Part shown: positions 27,717 to 37,654 of the stretch, in pieces
How the letters are laid out: every line of letters begins with the position of its first letter
How positions within the stretch are numbered: the first letter of the stretch is position 1
DNA from: an uncultured Victivallales bacterium
Lineage (GTDB): Bacteria; Verrucomicrobiota; Kiritimatiellia; UBA8416; CAYSRM01
NCBI GenBank assembly: GCA_964475205.1
Contig: CAYYVQ010000003.1
Coordinates: 13,915 to 77,914 of the forward strand
Length of the DNA stretch: 64,000 nt
Reading direction: 5' to 3'
Translations under genes and position numbers: made by a program
The notes under the pieces: model-generated
What the model was told of the DNA's origin: nothing
Database searches by the model: none
Seen by the model: only the letters and a program-made list of their open reading frames with translations

Positions 27717-28790
27717 ATGGCTGGAAAAGGATCAGGAATGGATTATGCGCCTTCTGCGGCGAAACCGGAGCCGGTTGTTGGCGCGGGCGATTTCAAATTC
27801 GGAGCTGCTTATTTTGATCATGGTCATATAAACGGGGAGATCAATAGCCTGGTCCAGGCCGGCGGTGAGCTGGCGGTGGTTTATGACCCTGATCCCGAGA
27901 GGCTTGATTCTATCAGGAAAAGGTATCCGGAGGCAAAGGTAGCGCGAACTTTCGAGGAAATGCTGGAGAGCGATATTAAACTTGTTGCCGCGGCGGCCAT
28001 TCCCTCGGACCGCGGGCCGATCGGGTGCAAGGTTATGGAGGCCGGGAAGGATTATTTTTCTGACAAATGTCCTTTCACTTCGCTGGACCAACTGGAAGAC
28101 GCCAGGAAGATTACAGAGCGCACCGGTCAAAAATATATGGTGTATTACGGCGAACGCATACACTCGGAGTCAGCGTGGCATGTAGACGAGCTTATTCAGA
28201 ATGGGGCGATCGGTGACATTGTGCATATGGAAATTTTCGGCCCGCATCGGCTCAGCAAGGAAAAACGACCTGCCTGGTTTTTTGAAAAAAAACGTTATGG
28301 CGGGATACTTACGGATATAGCTTCGCATCAGTTTGATCAGTTCCTGCATTATGCCCGGTGTGATGAAGGAAAGATCGTGCACGCAATGGTAGATAACCGC
28401 GCTAACGCCGATAAGCCTGAGCTCGAGGATGTCGGCCAGGCTTGTCTGTTGCTGGACAATGGTGTTCAGTGTTTTTCGCGCGTAAACTGGTTTACCCCCG
28501 ACGGCATGCGGGGTTGGGGTGACGGGCGGACATTTATCACCGGCACAAACGGCGTTATCGAAATCCGGAAGTACTTTGACCTTGGCAGAAGCGATGAAGG
28601 CGACATTATCATTCTGGTGGATAAGGAAGGTGAGAATGTGCTGAAGGTTCATGGAAAGATAGGTTTTCCGTTTTTCGGTCAGCTCATTCTCGATTGCCTG
28701 AACCGGACCGAGAATGCAATGACTCAGCATCATGCTTTTCAGGCCGCCCGGCTGTCGATGGAAGCTCAGAAGCTGGCGGATGAAGGGTAA
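27717..28790 (+). CDS. Gfo/Idh/MocA oxidoreductase
   Basis: DHGHI, FSDKCP, GPHR, GGILTDIASHQ, WFTPDG...WGDGR. Confidence 0.9.
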   Translation: MAGKGSGMDYAPSAAKPEPVVGAGDFKFGAAYFDHGHINGEINSLVQAGGELAVVYDPDPERLDSIRKRYPEAKVARTFEEMLESDIKLVAAAAIPSDRGPIGCKVMEAGKDYFSDKCPFTSLDQLEDARKITERTGQKYMVYYGERIHSESAWHVDELIQNGAIGDIVHMEIFGPHRLSKEKRPAWFFEKKRYGGILTDIASHQFDQFLHYARCDEGKIVHAMVDNRANADKPELEDVGQACLLLDNGVQCFSRVNWFTPDGMRGWGDGRTFITGTNGVIEIRKYFDLGRSDEGDIIILVDKEGENVLKVHGKIGFPFFGQLILDCLNRTENAMTQHHAFQAARLSMEAQKLADEG

Positions 28791-29015
28791 GAATATTTAA
28801 TATTCAACATGGAATGTGCAATAATGAAGGGGGATGGGACGGCGCAGAGCACCGTTCTGCTTTGGTGGGGGTGTGGTCTGTTATCTGGTGTTGTTGCGGG
28901 GATAAGTTCGTGGGTTTGTGGGGAGGAAGAACAATTAAGGGGAAAGATTAGGGAGATGGATTAAGGGGGGGTATCTGTGGCCTGTAGTCTGTAAGCTGTA
29001 GTCTGTCGTCTGTGG
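28791..29015. repeat. Composite intergenic repeat cassette
   Basis: Degenerate aatatcc array (28791-28832); gtttgtggggaggaagaac shared with the top6B-top6A spacer; six 7-mers tctgtgg-cctgtag-tctgtaa-gctgtag-tctgtcg-tctgtgg (28974-29015). Confidence 0.75.
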
Positions 29016-29016
29016 G

Positions 29017-30435
29017 TTATTCTCCGGCTTTGTTGCGTGGGTCGCGCCATACTGGGACTTGTCCGGTTTTGAGGGTTTCGCCGTCCGAGAGGTTTTCGGG
29101 GCGGCCGTGGAGTTCGCGGGCGAGGGTTGCGCGTAGTTGAGCGAGGGTGTCGGCATGATCCGGCGAAGTTGAAAGATCGCAGAATTCGTGAGGATCCTCG
29201 GTTCTATCGAAAAGCATTTCTTCGCCGTTGATCGGGTTCCAGATGTATTTCCATTGGTCTGTTGTAATGGACTGGTATGCATTGTCGGGTGTATAACAGG
29301 GTGAATGTTCATGGTGGTAGTATTCCCGCCATTGGGATGGCCGGGGTTCGTCTTTGAGCAGCGGCAGGACGCTTGAACCTTCGACAGTCCCGGGGACCGT
29401 CACGTTTGCGGCTTCCAGGAAAGTCGGCATGAGGTCTTCAAGGCCGACAAGAGATGAATTTTCGGTATTAGCCTTTATTTTCCAGCTTTTAGGCGGGCGG
29501 ACGATGAACGGTATACGCGCGGAGCCGTCGCATGCCTGGACTTTTCTCCACAGGTTGTGGTCGCCGAGCATTTCCCCGTGATCGGCGGTAAATACTATAA
29601 GAGTGTTGCTTAAGAGACGGGATCGGTGGAGATATTCGGTTAAACGTCCTATCTGGGCGTCCAGGTAAGCGAGGTAGGCATAATAGCCTGCTCGGGCGCG
29701 ATGGTTGAGTTCGGGACTGAGTTTTCCCTGCCATGCGGTAACGTCCATAGGGTAGGATGCTTGTTGAGCATGTTTTTCAGCCCATTCTCCTGCGTAGGGT
29801 TGAGGAATATTTTTTTTCATGAAAAGATCAAAGTAGTACTGTGGCGGGCACCATGGCGGATGCGGGCCGTTGAACGAGAGACAAAGAAAGAAGGGACGTT
29901 CCGGGTCACGTTTATCAAGTCTTTCCATGGACTGGTTGGTGAACCATGTTTCTTCCTGTTCGTATTCCGGCAGGTGATTCGGGCGTGCCATCCACGAATT
30001 GCCGTGTACTCCGTGAGCGTATTTTCCGCGTGTAAGTCCGTGTTTCTGGTTTATCCATTCTGCATAATCGTCGGTAATTATGAGTTCTTCGAAGCCCAGG
30101 TGCAGGCGCTTTGGATGAAAGTGTGTTTTGCCGACGTTGATTGTCTGGTATCCGGCGCGCGCCAGTTCGCCGGCGAGTGTAATATGGTATGGCCAGGGTT
30201 TGCCGTCTCTATAGCCGAGCATGCCGTGGGAGTCGGGTTTCATCCCGGTCATAATTGACCTGCGCGCCGCGATGCATGAAGCGCATGGAGTGAACGCGCT
30301 TGTAAAGGTGACACCTTCAGAAGAAATGCTGTCCAGATGCGGGGTTTCGGCAACGGGGTGGCCAAGACGTCCCAGGCTGTCGCCGCGCCAGTGATCGGTA
30401 AGAATCAGGATGATATTGGGTCTGTCATTGTTCAT
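29017..30435 (-). CDS. Arylsulfatase-like sulfatase (CxAxR variant)
   Basis: PNIILILTDHWR, CIAARRSIMTG, GKTH, PHPP, TADHG. Confidence 0.93.
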   Translation of the reverse strand: MNNDRPNIILILTDHWRGDSLGRLGHPVAETPHLDSISSEGVTFTSAFTPCASCIAARRSIMTGMKPDSHGMLGYRDGKPWPYHITLAGELARAGYQTINVGKTHFHPKRLHLGFEELIITDDYAEWINQKHGLTRGKYAHGVHGNSWMARPNHLPEYEQEETWFTNQSMERLDKRDPERPFFLCLSFNGPHPPWCPPQYYFDLFMKKNIPQPYAGEWAEKHAQQASYPMDVTAWQGKLSPELNHRARAGYYAYLAYLDAQIGRLTEYLHRSRLLSNTLIVFTADHGEMLGDHNLWRKVQACDGSARIPFIVRPPKSWKIKANTENSSLVGLEDLMPTFLEAANVTVPGTVEGSSVLPLLKDEPRPSQWREYYHHEHSPCYTPDNAYQSITTDQWKYIWNPINGEEMLFDRTEDPHEFCDLSTSPDHADTLAQLRATLARELHGRPENLSDGETLKTGQVPVWRDPRNKAGE

Positions 30436-30661
30436 CTGATTGTCCTTCCTGAATTATACTGAGGATTCGTTTTTTATACTGTTCAGGCGCCTCCACATGG
30501 CCCCAGCCTTTCTGCAGACTGAAGAGCCCGTCAAATGCGTTCTCATGGTAGCTTTTCATGATGTGTGGAATGTTTTCTGTCTTGAGGCTTTCTTCGAGAA
30601 ACCGTGCCTGCACTTCGCTTTCCAGGACAGCTATTTTTTTGAAACGGGATTCAGAATTCAT
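30425..30661 (-). CDS. Small DUF2007-like protein
   Basis: EVQARFLEESL..ENIPH, YHENAFDGLF..QKGWG; tightly coupled to both neighbours. Confidence 0.75.
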   Translation of the reverse strand: MNSESRFKKIAVLESEVQARFLEESLKTENIPHIMKSYHENAFDGLFSLQKGWGHVEAPEQYKKRILSIIQEGQSDEQ

Positions 30662-30663
30662 AT

Positions 30664-32601
30664 TTATTCCTTGAAAATATCGCCGTTGCGGAAGCGAGCC
30701 CAGGCAGTCTCGAACCAGGAATCTACTTCCGGGATGGGACGCCGCTGGACCCAGTGGTTTTCGACTTTTCCGTCAGGCGAAGCGTCTGTTTCGAGGACTT
30801 TTTCTCTGAAGTCCGTATTTTCGGGGAGAATTTTCCAGCTATCGTCCAATTGTTCGTGGATTTTCTTTCCTCCCGGGTCGAGCACGATCGCAGAGCCCCG
30901 GCTGCCGACTCCGTCCTGGAGCGCTGAACGGACTGCTTCGAGATAGACACAGTGTGCGAAGCAGAGCTGGCGGTTGCGAAGCGCTTCTCTGCGTGCTGTG
31001 GGATTTGGGCATGAGCAGCCCTTATCGTTAAGGCGTTGCCACTGGTCCCAGGATTCCTGTACAGCTTTGTCGAGTTCTTCAACAGAGCGAATATGCGCTC
31101 CTGCGCGAGTCATGCGTTGCTGGAATTCCTGTCTTTGTTCCTGCCAGGAGACATCTGCTGATTCGCACTCTTCCAGCCATTTATTTATAGAATCGAGCGC
31201 TTCACGGGCCGACTGTCCGGCGGCTTTTGTGTCCAGCGAAGACTCTTTGCATGCTCCGGCTATGAATTCGGCGGCTCGAATTGACGCGACCTGTCCTGAA
31301 TTAAGCGCGGATCCGCCGGGCCGGTAGACGCCATGCGAGCCGTTAACCTCCCCGATCGGGAACAGGCGTTCGATATTTGATGACTGCCACCAGTGATCCG
31401 TTGCCAGGCCCCCGTTATTGTGCTGGGCGCATACGGCTATTTCCAGAGGTTCGCGTGTTATATCGATGTTATGGTCTTTATAGAGTTCGACGGCCCCCGG
31501 GTTCATTGTCTGAAGCCGTTCAATGGGAGTATCCAGGAGCGCATCTGATTTTTTGAGATATTCGTATGCTTCTTCGCTCAGGTCTTCGAATTTGAAATCC
31601 TGCGGGTTTTTCCTGAAGTCGAGGAACACTCTGCGTCCTTTGAGCACGGTTTCTATATAGACGAGAATATCCACAATAGAGGAACCGCCGATTACCTTGC
31701 GGGAATCGAAGGGCCACTGATATCCTTTAAGAAAGACGTTGGAATTCATTTCTCCCGGCGCGGCGAAGTATTCGCGCATGAATTCCTTTTCATCGCTTGA
31801 CCCATCGGCCTCTGTGCTGATGAACCTTGGCACGACCTGCATGTATGTGCCGGAGACGTTCCAGCGGAACTTTATTGATGCCATCCCGTACTGTGATTCC
31901 GGCAAGCTCTGGGCCTTTGCGCCGGCGAGGAGAGCCAGTCCGATAGCTCCGGTGTGTACATTGGGGTAGACGCTGGTTTTATACAATCCGCCGGGTCCGC
32001 CGGTGGCGAAGATCACGTTTTCGGCCAGGATTGACTCCAGTTCACCGTCTTGATTAATGACAACTGCGCCGCATGCGCGCCGGCGGCTGGAATCTTCTTT
32101 CGGTATGGTAAGGAGTTGAACTGCATCTGTCTTTTCCCTTACCGGGATATTGCGTCGCTGGATTTCCTTTATTAACGCCCGGCACATTTCTCTGGAAGTA
32201 TAGGGCCCGATGGAGGTGGCGCGCTGTCTCGGGTCGTGATCTGTCTTATAGCCTATAAACTGGCCGTATTTATCTCTCGGGAAGGGGACGCCGAGATTGA
32301 CGAGATTTATAAACGCCCGCGGGGAGAGAGCCGCTTCCACCAGGGCCAGGTCGCCGTGCATGCTGCCGCCCTCGTAATAGGTTTTGGCCATGATTGCAGG
32401 GGAATCTGCGTCTTCGCCGCCGAGTCCGAGCTTGTAATAAGTCTGCTTGTCGCTTCCAGTATTGATCGATGTTCCCATTTGGAGCCCCTCTGTGACTACA
32501 AGGATATCATCGATGCCGTTGAGTTGTAACTGGAGCGCCGCATTGAGTCCGGCTGCGCCGCTGCCGATAATAAGGGTATGAACTTGTCTTGTTTCTGTCA
32601 T
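30664..32601 (-). CDS. FAD-binding protein, SdhA/NadB superfamily (orphan flavoprotein)
   Basis: GSGAAG, ATGGPG, QHNNGG, GEVNGSHG..RPGGSAL; has GTSINTGSDKQTYYK in place of the covalent-FAD His motif. Confidence 0.88.
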   Translation of the reverse strand: MTETRQVHTLIIGSGAAGLNAALQLQLNGIDDILVVTEGLQMGTSINTGSDKQTYYKLGLGGEDADSPAIMAKTYYEGGSMHGDLALVEAALSPRAFINLVNLGVPFPRDKYGQFIGYKTDHDPRQRATSIGPYTSREMCRALIKEIQRRNIPVREKTDAVQLLTIPKEDSSRRRACGAVVINQDGELESILAENVIFATGGPGGLYKTSVYPNVHTGAIGLALLAGAKAQSLPESQYGMASIKFRWNVSGTYMQVVPRFISTEADGSSDEKEFMREYFAAPGEMNSNVFLKGYQWPFDSRKVIGGSSIVDILVYIETVLKGRRVFLDFRKNPQDFKFEDLSEEAYEYLKKSDALLDTPIERLQTMNPGAVELYKDHNIDITREPLEIAVCAQHNNGGLATDHWWQSSNIERLFPIGEVNGSHGVYRPGGSALNSGQVASIRAAEFIAGACKESSLDTKAAGQSAREALDSINKWLEECESADVSWQEQRQEFQQRMTRAGAHIRSVEELDKAVQESWDQWQRLNDKGCSCPNPTARREALRNRQLCFAHCVYLEAVRSALQDGVGSRGSAIVLDPGGKKIHEQLDDSWKILPENTDFREKVLETDASPDGKVENHWVQRRPIPEVDSWFETAWARFRNGDIFKE

Positions 32602-32878
32602 GTCGCGTTTTCCTGTTTCCTGCTGTGGTAATTCAAGTTTTTGTTAAAATATTAAGATTAAGATAGCAGGCGCAGCGGGACGGGGCAAGCGGGAAGCATG
32701 GGGAGGAGCAGTAAACTACGAAATACTCTAAAAGGCGCGAAAGGGCAGCAGGTTACGGGATAACCTGCTGTACTTGGGAAAAGAGGGACCGGGTCGGCAC
32801 AGGGATGTTCCTGTGCGGTTTGTTTTCTCTACTTGATCTTGACAGTCGGGGTAGTGAAATATCAAACTCTGTTCCCTT

Positions 32879-35491
32879 ATGAAAACTCCGGAACATGAAA
32901 GATTTCACATCAAGACGTTGGACGATCTTCGCAGGGAGATTGATGAGCTTAATTTGTCGATTACGGTACGGGAAGACATTTCGGTTCTGAATTCCGATCT
33001 GAAAGTCGGGCAGTACAGAATGCCGAACCGATTCAGTGTTCAACCGATGGAAGGGTTTGACGCCGGGCCGGACGGGTCGCCGGGCACTTTATCTTTTCGC
33101 CGGTACAGAAGGTATGCTGCGGGAGGCTTTTCTCTGATCTGGTTTGAAGCTACCGCGGTGATGGAAGAGGCCAGGTCCAACCCGGGCCAGTTTTATATTC
33201 ATCAGGACAATGTTGACAAGTACGCTGAGCTGGTTCGGGCCGTTAGAGAGACTGCGCGGCAGGAGCATGGGTATGAGCCGGTGCTGATTATCCAGCTTAC
33301 GCATTCCGGGCGTTACAGCAAGCCGCATGGCAAGCCTGCGCCGATAATTGCCCACCGCAGTCCGATTCTTGATCCAAAGCACAATCTGCCCGCCGATTAT
33401 CCCGTGGTTACCGATGAATATCTTGACCGGTTGCAGGACAAATATGTTGAGGCCGCTAAACTCTCGGCTCAAGCCGGGTTTGACGGGATAGATATCAAGG
33501 GGTGTCACCGGTACCTGGTATCTGAACTTCTGGCGTCGTTTGCCAGGGAGGGTAAATATGGCGGAAGTTATGAAAACAGGACAAGACTGCTGGTTGAGAG
33601 TCTTGAAAGAATATGGCGGGAGGTTCCAGAGGTTTTTGCCACCACGAGGATGAATGTGTATGACGCCATCCAGTATCCTTACGGGTGGGGCGTGGATAAA
33701 GAAGATTACAACAAGCCGGATTTAAAAGAACCGTTGAAACTTATAGGCAGGATTAAAGATATGGGCGCGCCGGTTCTCAATATGTCGATAGGCAATCCGT
33801 ATTTCAATCCGCATGTGGGGCGTCCTTATGATTTTCCCATCAAGGGTATGAAGCCGCCGAAGGAGCATCCGCTTAATGGCATGGCCAGGTTCTTCGGCAT
33901 TACCAGGCAGGTGCAGGAGGCTTACCCTGAGCTACCGGTAATTGGCTCGGGCTACAGTTGGTTGAGGCAGTTTCTGCCTTATGTGGCAGCGGCAAATTTG
34001 TCGACCGGAGGAGCTTCTATAATAGGATTGGGCCGGGGCGCCTTTGCGTATCCGGATACGCCGAAGGATGTGCGTGACAAGGGGCGGATGGATCCGGCGA
34101 AATGCTGCGTTGCGTGTTCGGCTTGTACTCAGATAATGCGGGACGGAGGCATGACAGGCTGTGTGGTGCGGGACAGCGAGATTTACGGACCGCAATACAG
34201 GTTGGCCAGGCGTTTTGCCATGGATCGGTTGAAAGAGGAAGCGCGCCGTTGCAGGGACTGCGAGGCGGCTACATGCTCGATGGGCTGTCCTGCGCTGGTG
34301 AATGTTCCCGGTTTTATCAAGGCATTTGCCGATGATGATATCGAGAGGGCATACGCGATACTAACTGAGTCCAATGCTTTACCCGAGGTATGCGCTTACG
34401 TGTGCCCTGCGGAAGTTCAGTGCGAGGGCGGATGCCTGGAGACCATTTTTGAAGAGAATCCTGTTCCTATACGCGACATACAGCTTGTTACCTGTCGCCT
34501 TGCCCGGGAACAGGGAATAACCGGCGTATCGCTGCCGGGCGAAGCTTCCGGCAGGAAAGCGGCCATAGTAGGGGGCGGGCCTGCTGGAATATCTGCTGCG
34601 ATAACTTTTCTTGAGCGTGGCCATGAGGTGGTGATTTATGAAAAGGACTCTAACCTTGGCGGAACCCCTGACGCAATTATACCGCAGAGTCGTTTTAAGG
34701 ATTCCAGCGCAGAAGTCAGCGCTCGCTTGAAGCCGGCTTTTGACTCCGGACGCCTGAAGATGGAAACCGGCCGGGAATTTGGCGCCGACCTGTCGCTTTC
34801 TGAACTTCAGGATGATTTTGATGCCGTGATTCTCGCCATGGGACTGGGTGGAGCGACTTCGATGGGGCAGGCCGAAGGTGTTACCGACGCATTAAGTTTT
34901 CTGCGTAAGGCCAAGGGATCTTCAGGAATGCAGGTGCCCGACCGTGTTGCTGTGCTGGGCGGGGGCAATACTGCGATGGATGCGGCTGTTACTGCCAGGG
35001 AGCTGGGCGCGCGGGATGTTTATCTTGTTTACCGGAGGTCTTTTGAGGAGATGCCGGCCTGGCCGGAGGAAACTGAAAAATTTATGAAATCCGGCGGGCA
35101 TCTGTTGCTTCTTTCGCAGCCGACCGGTTACGAGGTCGACGAGGCGGGAAAACTGCGGGCCTTGAAGCTTGTAAGAACTGAGCTTGGCGAACCGGACGCG
35201 TCAGGAAGACGCAGGCCGCAGGCTGTTGCCGGCAGCGAAACGTCTTTGCCAGTGGATCTTGTGGTTGAGGCCATAGGGCAGAAAATTCCCCGGGATGTCA
35301 GGGAGGCTTTGAAGGATCTTGAGCTTGCCGATAACGGGCTTGTCAAAGTTGCGCCGGACTCTTTTGCGACAAGCCTGGCCGGTGTCTTTGCCGCAGGCGA
35401 CCTTATAAGCGGCGGGACCACCGTGGTGAGGTCGATATCGGAGGGGATGAAGGCAGCCAGGGAGGCCTGCGGGTATTTGGGAAAGCTCTAA
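32879..35491 (+). CDS. NADH:flavin oxidoreductase (OYE-like TIM barrel) fused to a GltD/PreT-like Fe-S/FAD/NAD(P)H module
   Basis: QPMEG, QLTHSGR, DIKGCHRYL, CVACSAC; then EARRCRDC..CSMGCP, CAYVCP..QCEGGC, GGGPAG, GGGNTAMD, FAAGD. Confidence 0.9.
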   Translation: MKTPEHERFHIKTLDDLRREIDELNLSITVREDISVLNSDLKVGQYRMPNRFSVQPMEGFDAGPDGSPGTLSFRRYRRYAAGGFSLIWFEATAVMEEARSNPGQFYIHQDNVDKYAELVRAVRETARQEHGYEPVLIIQLTHSGRYSKPHGKPAPIIAHRSPILDPKHNLPADYPVVTDEYLDRLQDKYVEAAKLSAQAGFDGIDIKGCHRYLVSELLASFAREGKYGGSYENRTRLLVESLERIWREVPEVFATTRMNVYDAIQYPYGWGVDKEDYNKPDLKEPLKLIGRIKDMGAPVLNMSIGNPYFNPHVGRPYDFPIKGMKPPKEHPLNGMARFFGITRQVQEAYPELPVIGSGYSWLRQFLPYVAAANLSTGGASIIGLGRGAFAYPDTPKDVRDKGRMDPAKCCVACSACTQIMRDGGMTGCVVRDSEIYGPQYRLARRFAMDRLKEEARRCRDCEAATCSMGCPALVNVPGFIKAFADDDIERAYAILTESNALPEVCAYVCPAEVQCEGGCLETIFEENPVPIRDIQLVTCRLAREQGITGVSLPGEASGRKAAIVGGGPAGISAAITFLERGHEVVIYEKDSNLGGTPDAIIPQSRFKDSSAEVSARLKPAFDSGRLKMETGREFGADLSLSELQDDFDAVILAMGLGGATSMGQAEGVTDALSFLRKAKGSSGMQVPDRVAVLGGGNTAMDAAVTARELGARDVYLVYRRSFEEMPAWPEETEKFMKSGGHLLLLSQPTGYEVDEAGKLRALKLVRTELGEPDASGRRRPQAVAGSETSLPVDLVVEAIGQKIPRDVREALKDLELADNGLVKVAPDSFATSLAGVFAAGDLISGGTTVVRSISEGMKAAREACGYLGKL

Positions 35492-35521
35492 CCAGCATGT
35501 TGAACATAATCAGGAGGTTTT

Positions 35522-36301
35522 GTGATGGGAGACAGGAAAGTTGCATTGGTAACCGGGGCCGGGCGCGGCATTGGCCTTTCAATAGCCGGAAGTCTTGCAG
35601 ACGAAGGTCTTGATATTGTGGTTTGTGATATACACGCAGCCCAGGATATTGATAAAAACCTTAAGACCATAAAAGAACACGGAGCCGAGGTTTTCTATTG
35701 CAGGGCTGATGTGTCTGATTCTGAAGCAAGAGAACGGATGCTTAATGAAATACGCGGGCATTTCGGCAGACTTGACGTGCTTGTTAATAATGCCGGAGTG
35801 GCCCCGAAAGTGAGGGCTGACCTCCTGGAGGCGACAGAAGAGAGTTACGAACGGGTCATGAAGATAAACCTTCAGGGTCCTTATTTTCTGACCCAGTCAG
35901 TTGCCCGCTGGATGATTGAGCAGCGCGAGAAAAGTTCTGATTTTGACGGCTGTATTATAAATATATCTTCTATTTCTGCTACTGTAGCCTCACCCGGACG
36001 CGGGGAATATTGCGTATCCAAGGCAGGTGTCAGCATGGCGACCAAGCTCTGGTCTGCCAGGTTAGGCGAGTATGACATTCCGGTGTACGAGATAAGGCCG
36101 GGTATTATCATGACCGACATGACAAGCGGCGTAAAGGGAAAGTATGACAAACTGATAGCCGATGGGCTTCTTGTGCAACAGCGATGGGGACTTCCCGAAG
36201 ACATCGGCAAAGCCGCGGCAGCTCTATCCAGGGGGGATTTCAGGTACTCGACGGGCCAGGTTGTGATGGTTGACGGCGGATTCTCGGTGGACCGGCTTTA
36301 G
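35522..36301 (+). CDS. SDR oxidoreductase (3-ketoacyl-ACP reductase-like)
   Basis: TGAGRGIG, NNAG, YCVSK, RPGII, VDGG; AGGAGG RBS. Confidence 0.92.
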   Translation: MMGDRKVALVTGAGRGIGLSIAGSLADEGLDIVVCDIHAAQDIDKNLKTIKEHGAEVFYCRADVSDSEARERMLNEIRGHFGRLDVLVNNAGVAPKVRADLLEATEESYERVMKINLQGPYFLTQSVARWMIEQREKSSDFDGCIINISSISATVASPGRGEYCVSKAGVSMATKLWSARLGEYDIPVYEIRPGIIMTDMTSGVKGKYDKLIADGLLVQQRWGLPEDIGKAAAALSRGDFRYSTGQVVMVDGGFSVDRL

Positions 36302-36415
36302 CTTCGAAATAATTGGCCGGGAGCGTGTTTCTTATCTTGCTGGCCCTCCTCATTCTCCGTTATATTTAAATGCATTGCGCAAATAGCGCAGTTACAGCAA
36401 TGAGTGGAGACCGAT

Positions 36416-37654
36416 ATGGGCAATGTGTTTGAAAACACTATGAAACAGATTGAGCGGACGGCGAAAATGGTTGGCATTGACCAAAGGTATCCGGGAAGCC
36501 AATTTGTGGAAAGGATGCGTGAACCTGACAAGGTTATCATGTTTCGCGCGACCCTGCTCAAGGATTCAGGCGAAATAGAGGTGTTTCTCTGTTACAGGGT
36601 TCAGCACAGTGATGTGCTGGGACCTTACAAGGGCGGGATCAGATTGAGTCCGCTTGTTGACCTTGAAGAGGTCAAGGCGCTTGCAATATGGATGACAATG
36701 AAAACTGCGCTTGTGGACATACCCTTTGGCGGCGCCAAGGGCGGCATTGCTGTGAACCCGCGCACTTTGAGCGAACCTGAAACCGAACGCCTGGTGCGGA
36801 AATATGCGCACAGACTGGTCAATGATATTGGTCCCAACATTGACGTTCCCGCGCCTGACATGGGGACGGGTTCGAGGGAAATGGCATGGATTTATGACGA
36901 GTATCGCAAGCATTGCGATGCCACACCGGCTGTAGTTACAGGCAAGCCTGTTGAGCTTGGCGGGTCTGAGGGCAGGATGGCAGCAACCGGTAATGGTGTT
37001 GTTTGCGTTATGAACCAGGCCGTTGAAGAAATGGGCCTGAAGGACTATTCTGTTGCTATCCAGGGTTTCGGAAACGTCGGACGAAGCGCCGCGTTGTCTT
37101 TGAGCTCAAGAGGTGTACGGATTGTCGGGATTGCCGATGTTACCGGCGCTGTTTACAATGCCAACGGACTTGATATTGACGGGTTATGCGATCATGTTGA
37201 CAGCGCAGGCGGTGTCACCGGGTTCAGCGGGGGCCAGTTGCTGGGTGACATTATAACATGTGAGTGCGATGTGCTTTTGCCTTGTGCTGTAGAGAATGTC
37301 ATTCGCGCAGACAACGCTTGCGACGTGAAAGCCGGCCTGGTTGTTGAAGGCGCTAATGGTCCTACCACGCCTGAAGCCGACCAGGCGCTTGCCGAAAGAA
37401 ATGTTATTGTGGTTCCGGACATTCTGGCCAATGCCGGCGGCGTTATTGTTTCCTATTTTGAATGGGTGCAGAATCGTGAGGGTTTTTACTGGGACGAGCA
37501 AATGGTTAACGACAGCTTGTACAAAAGGCTTGAGAAGGCATATCGCAGGGTTGTCCAGGAGGCCCGCGAGAAGGATTATTCATTGCGCGACGCTGCATAC
37601 TGTCTTGCTCTCGACAAGGTTGCAAGAGCTACCATCGCCCGCGGGATTCAATGA
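36416..37654 (+). CDS. gdhA: Glu/Leu/Phe/Val dehydrogenase (glutamate dehydrogenase)
   Basis: GPYKGGIR, GGAKGG, PAPD, VVTGKP, QGFGNVG, EGANGP, NAGGVIVSYFEWVQN. Confidence 0.93.
   Translation: MGNVFENTMKQIERTAKMVGIDQRYPGSQFVERMREPDKVIMFRATLLKDSGEIEVFLCYRVQHSDVLGPYKGGIRLSPLVDLEEVKALAIWMTMKTALVDIPFGGAKGGIAVNPRTLSEPETERLVRKYAHRLVNDIGPNIDVPAPDMGTGSREMAWIYDEYRKHCDATPAVVTGKPVELGGSEGRMAATGNGVVCVMNQAVEEMGLKDYSVAIQGFGNVGRSAALSLSSRGVRIVGIADVTGAVYNANGLDIDGLCDHVDSAGGVTGFSGGQLLGDIITCECDVLLPCAVENVIRADNACDVKAGLVVEGANGPTTPEADQALAERNVIVVPDILANAGGVIVSYFEWVQNREGFYWDEQMVNDSLYKRLEKAYRRVVQEAREKDYSLRDAAYCLALDKVARATIARGIQ

Noticed and set aside
30664-32601. Calling this sdhA, frdA or nadB
   Set aside because: It lacks the covalent-FAD His motif and the HPT catalytic motif, and no Fe-S or anchor subunits or nadA/nadC are adjacent.
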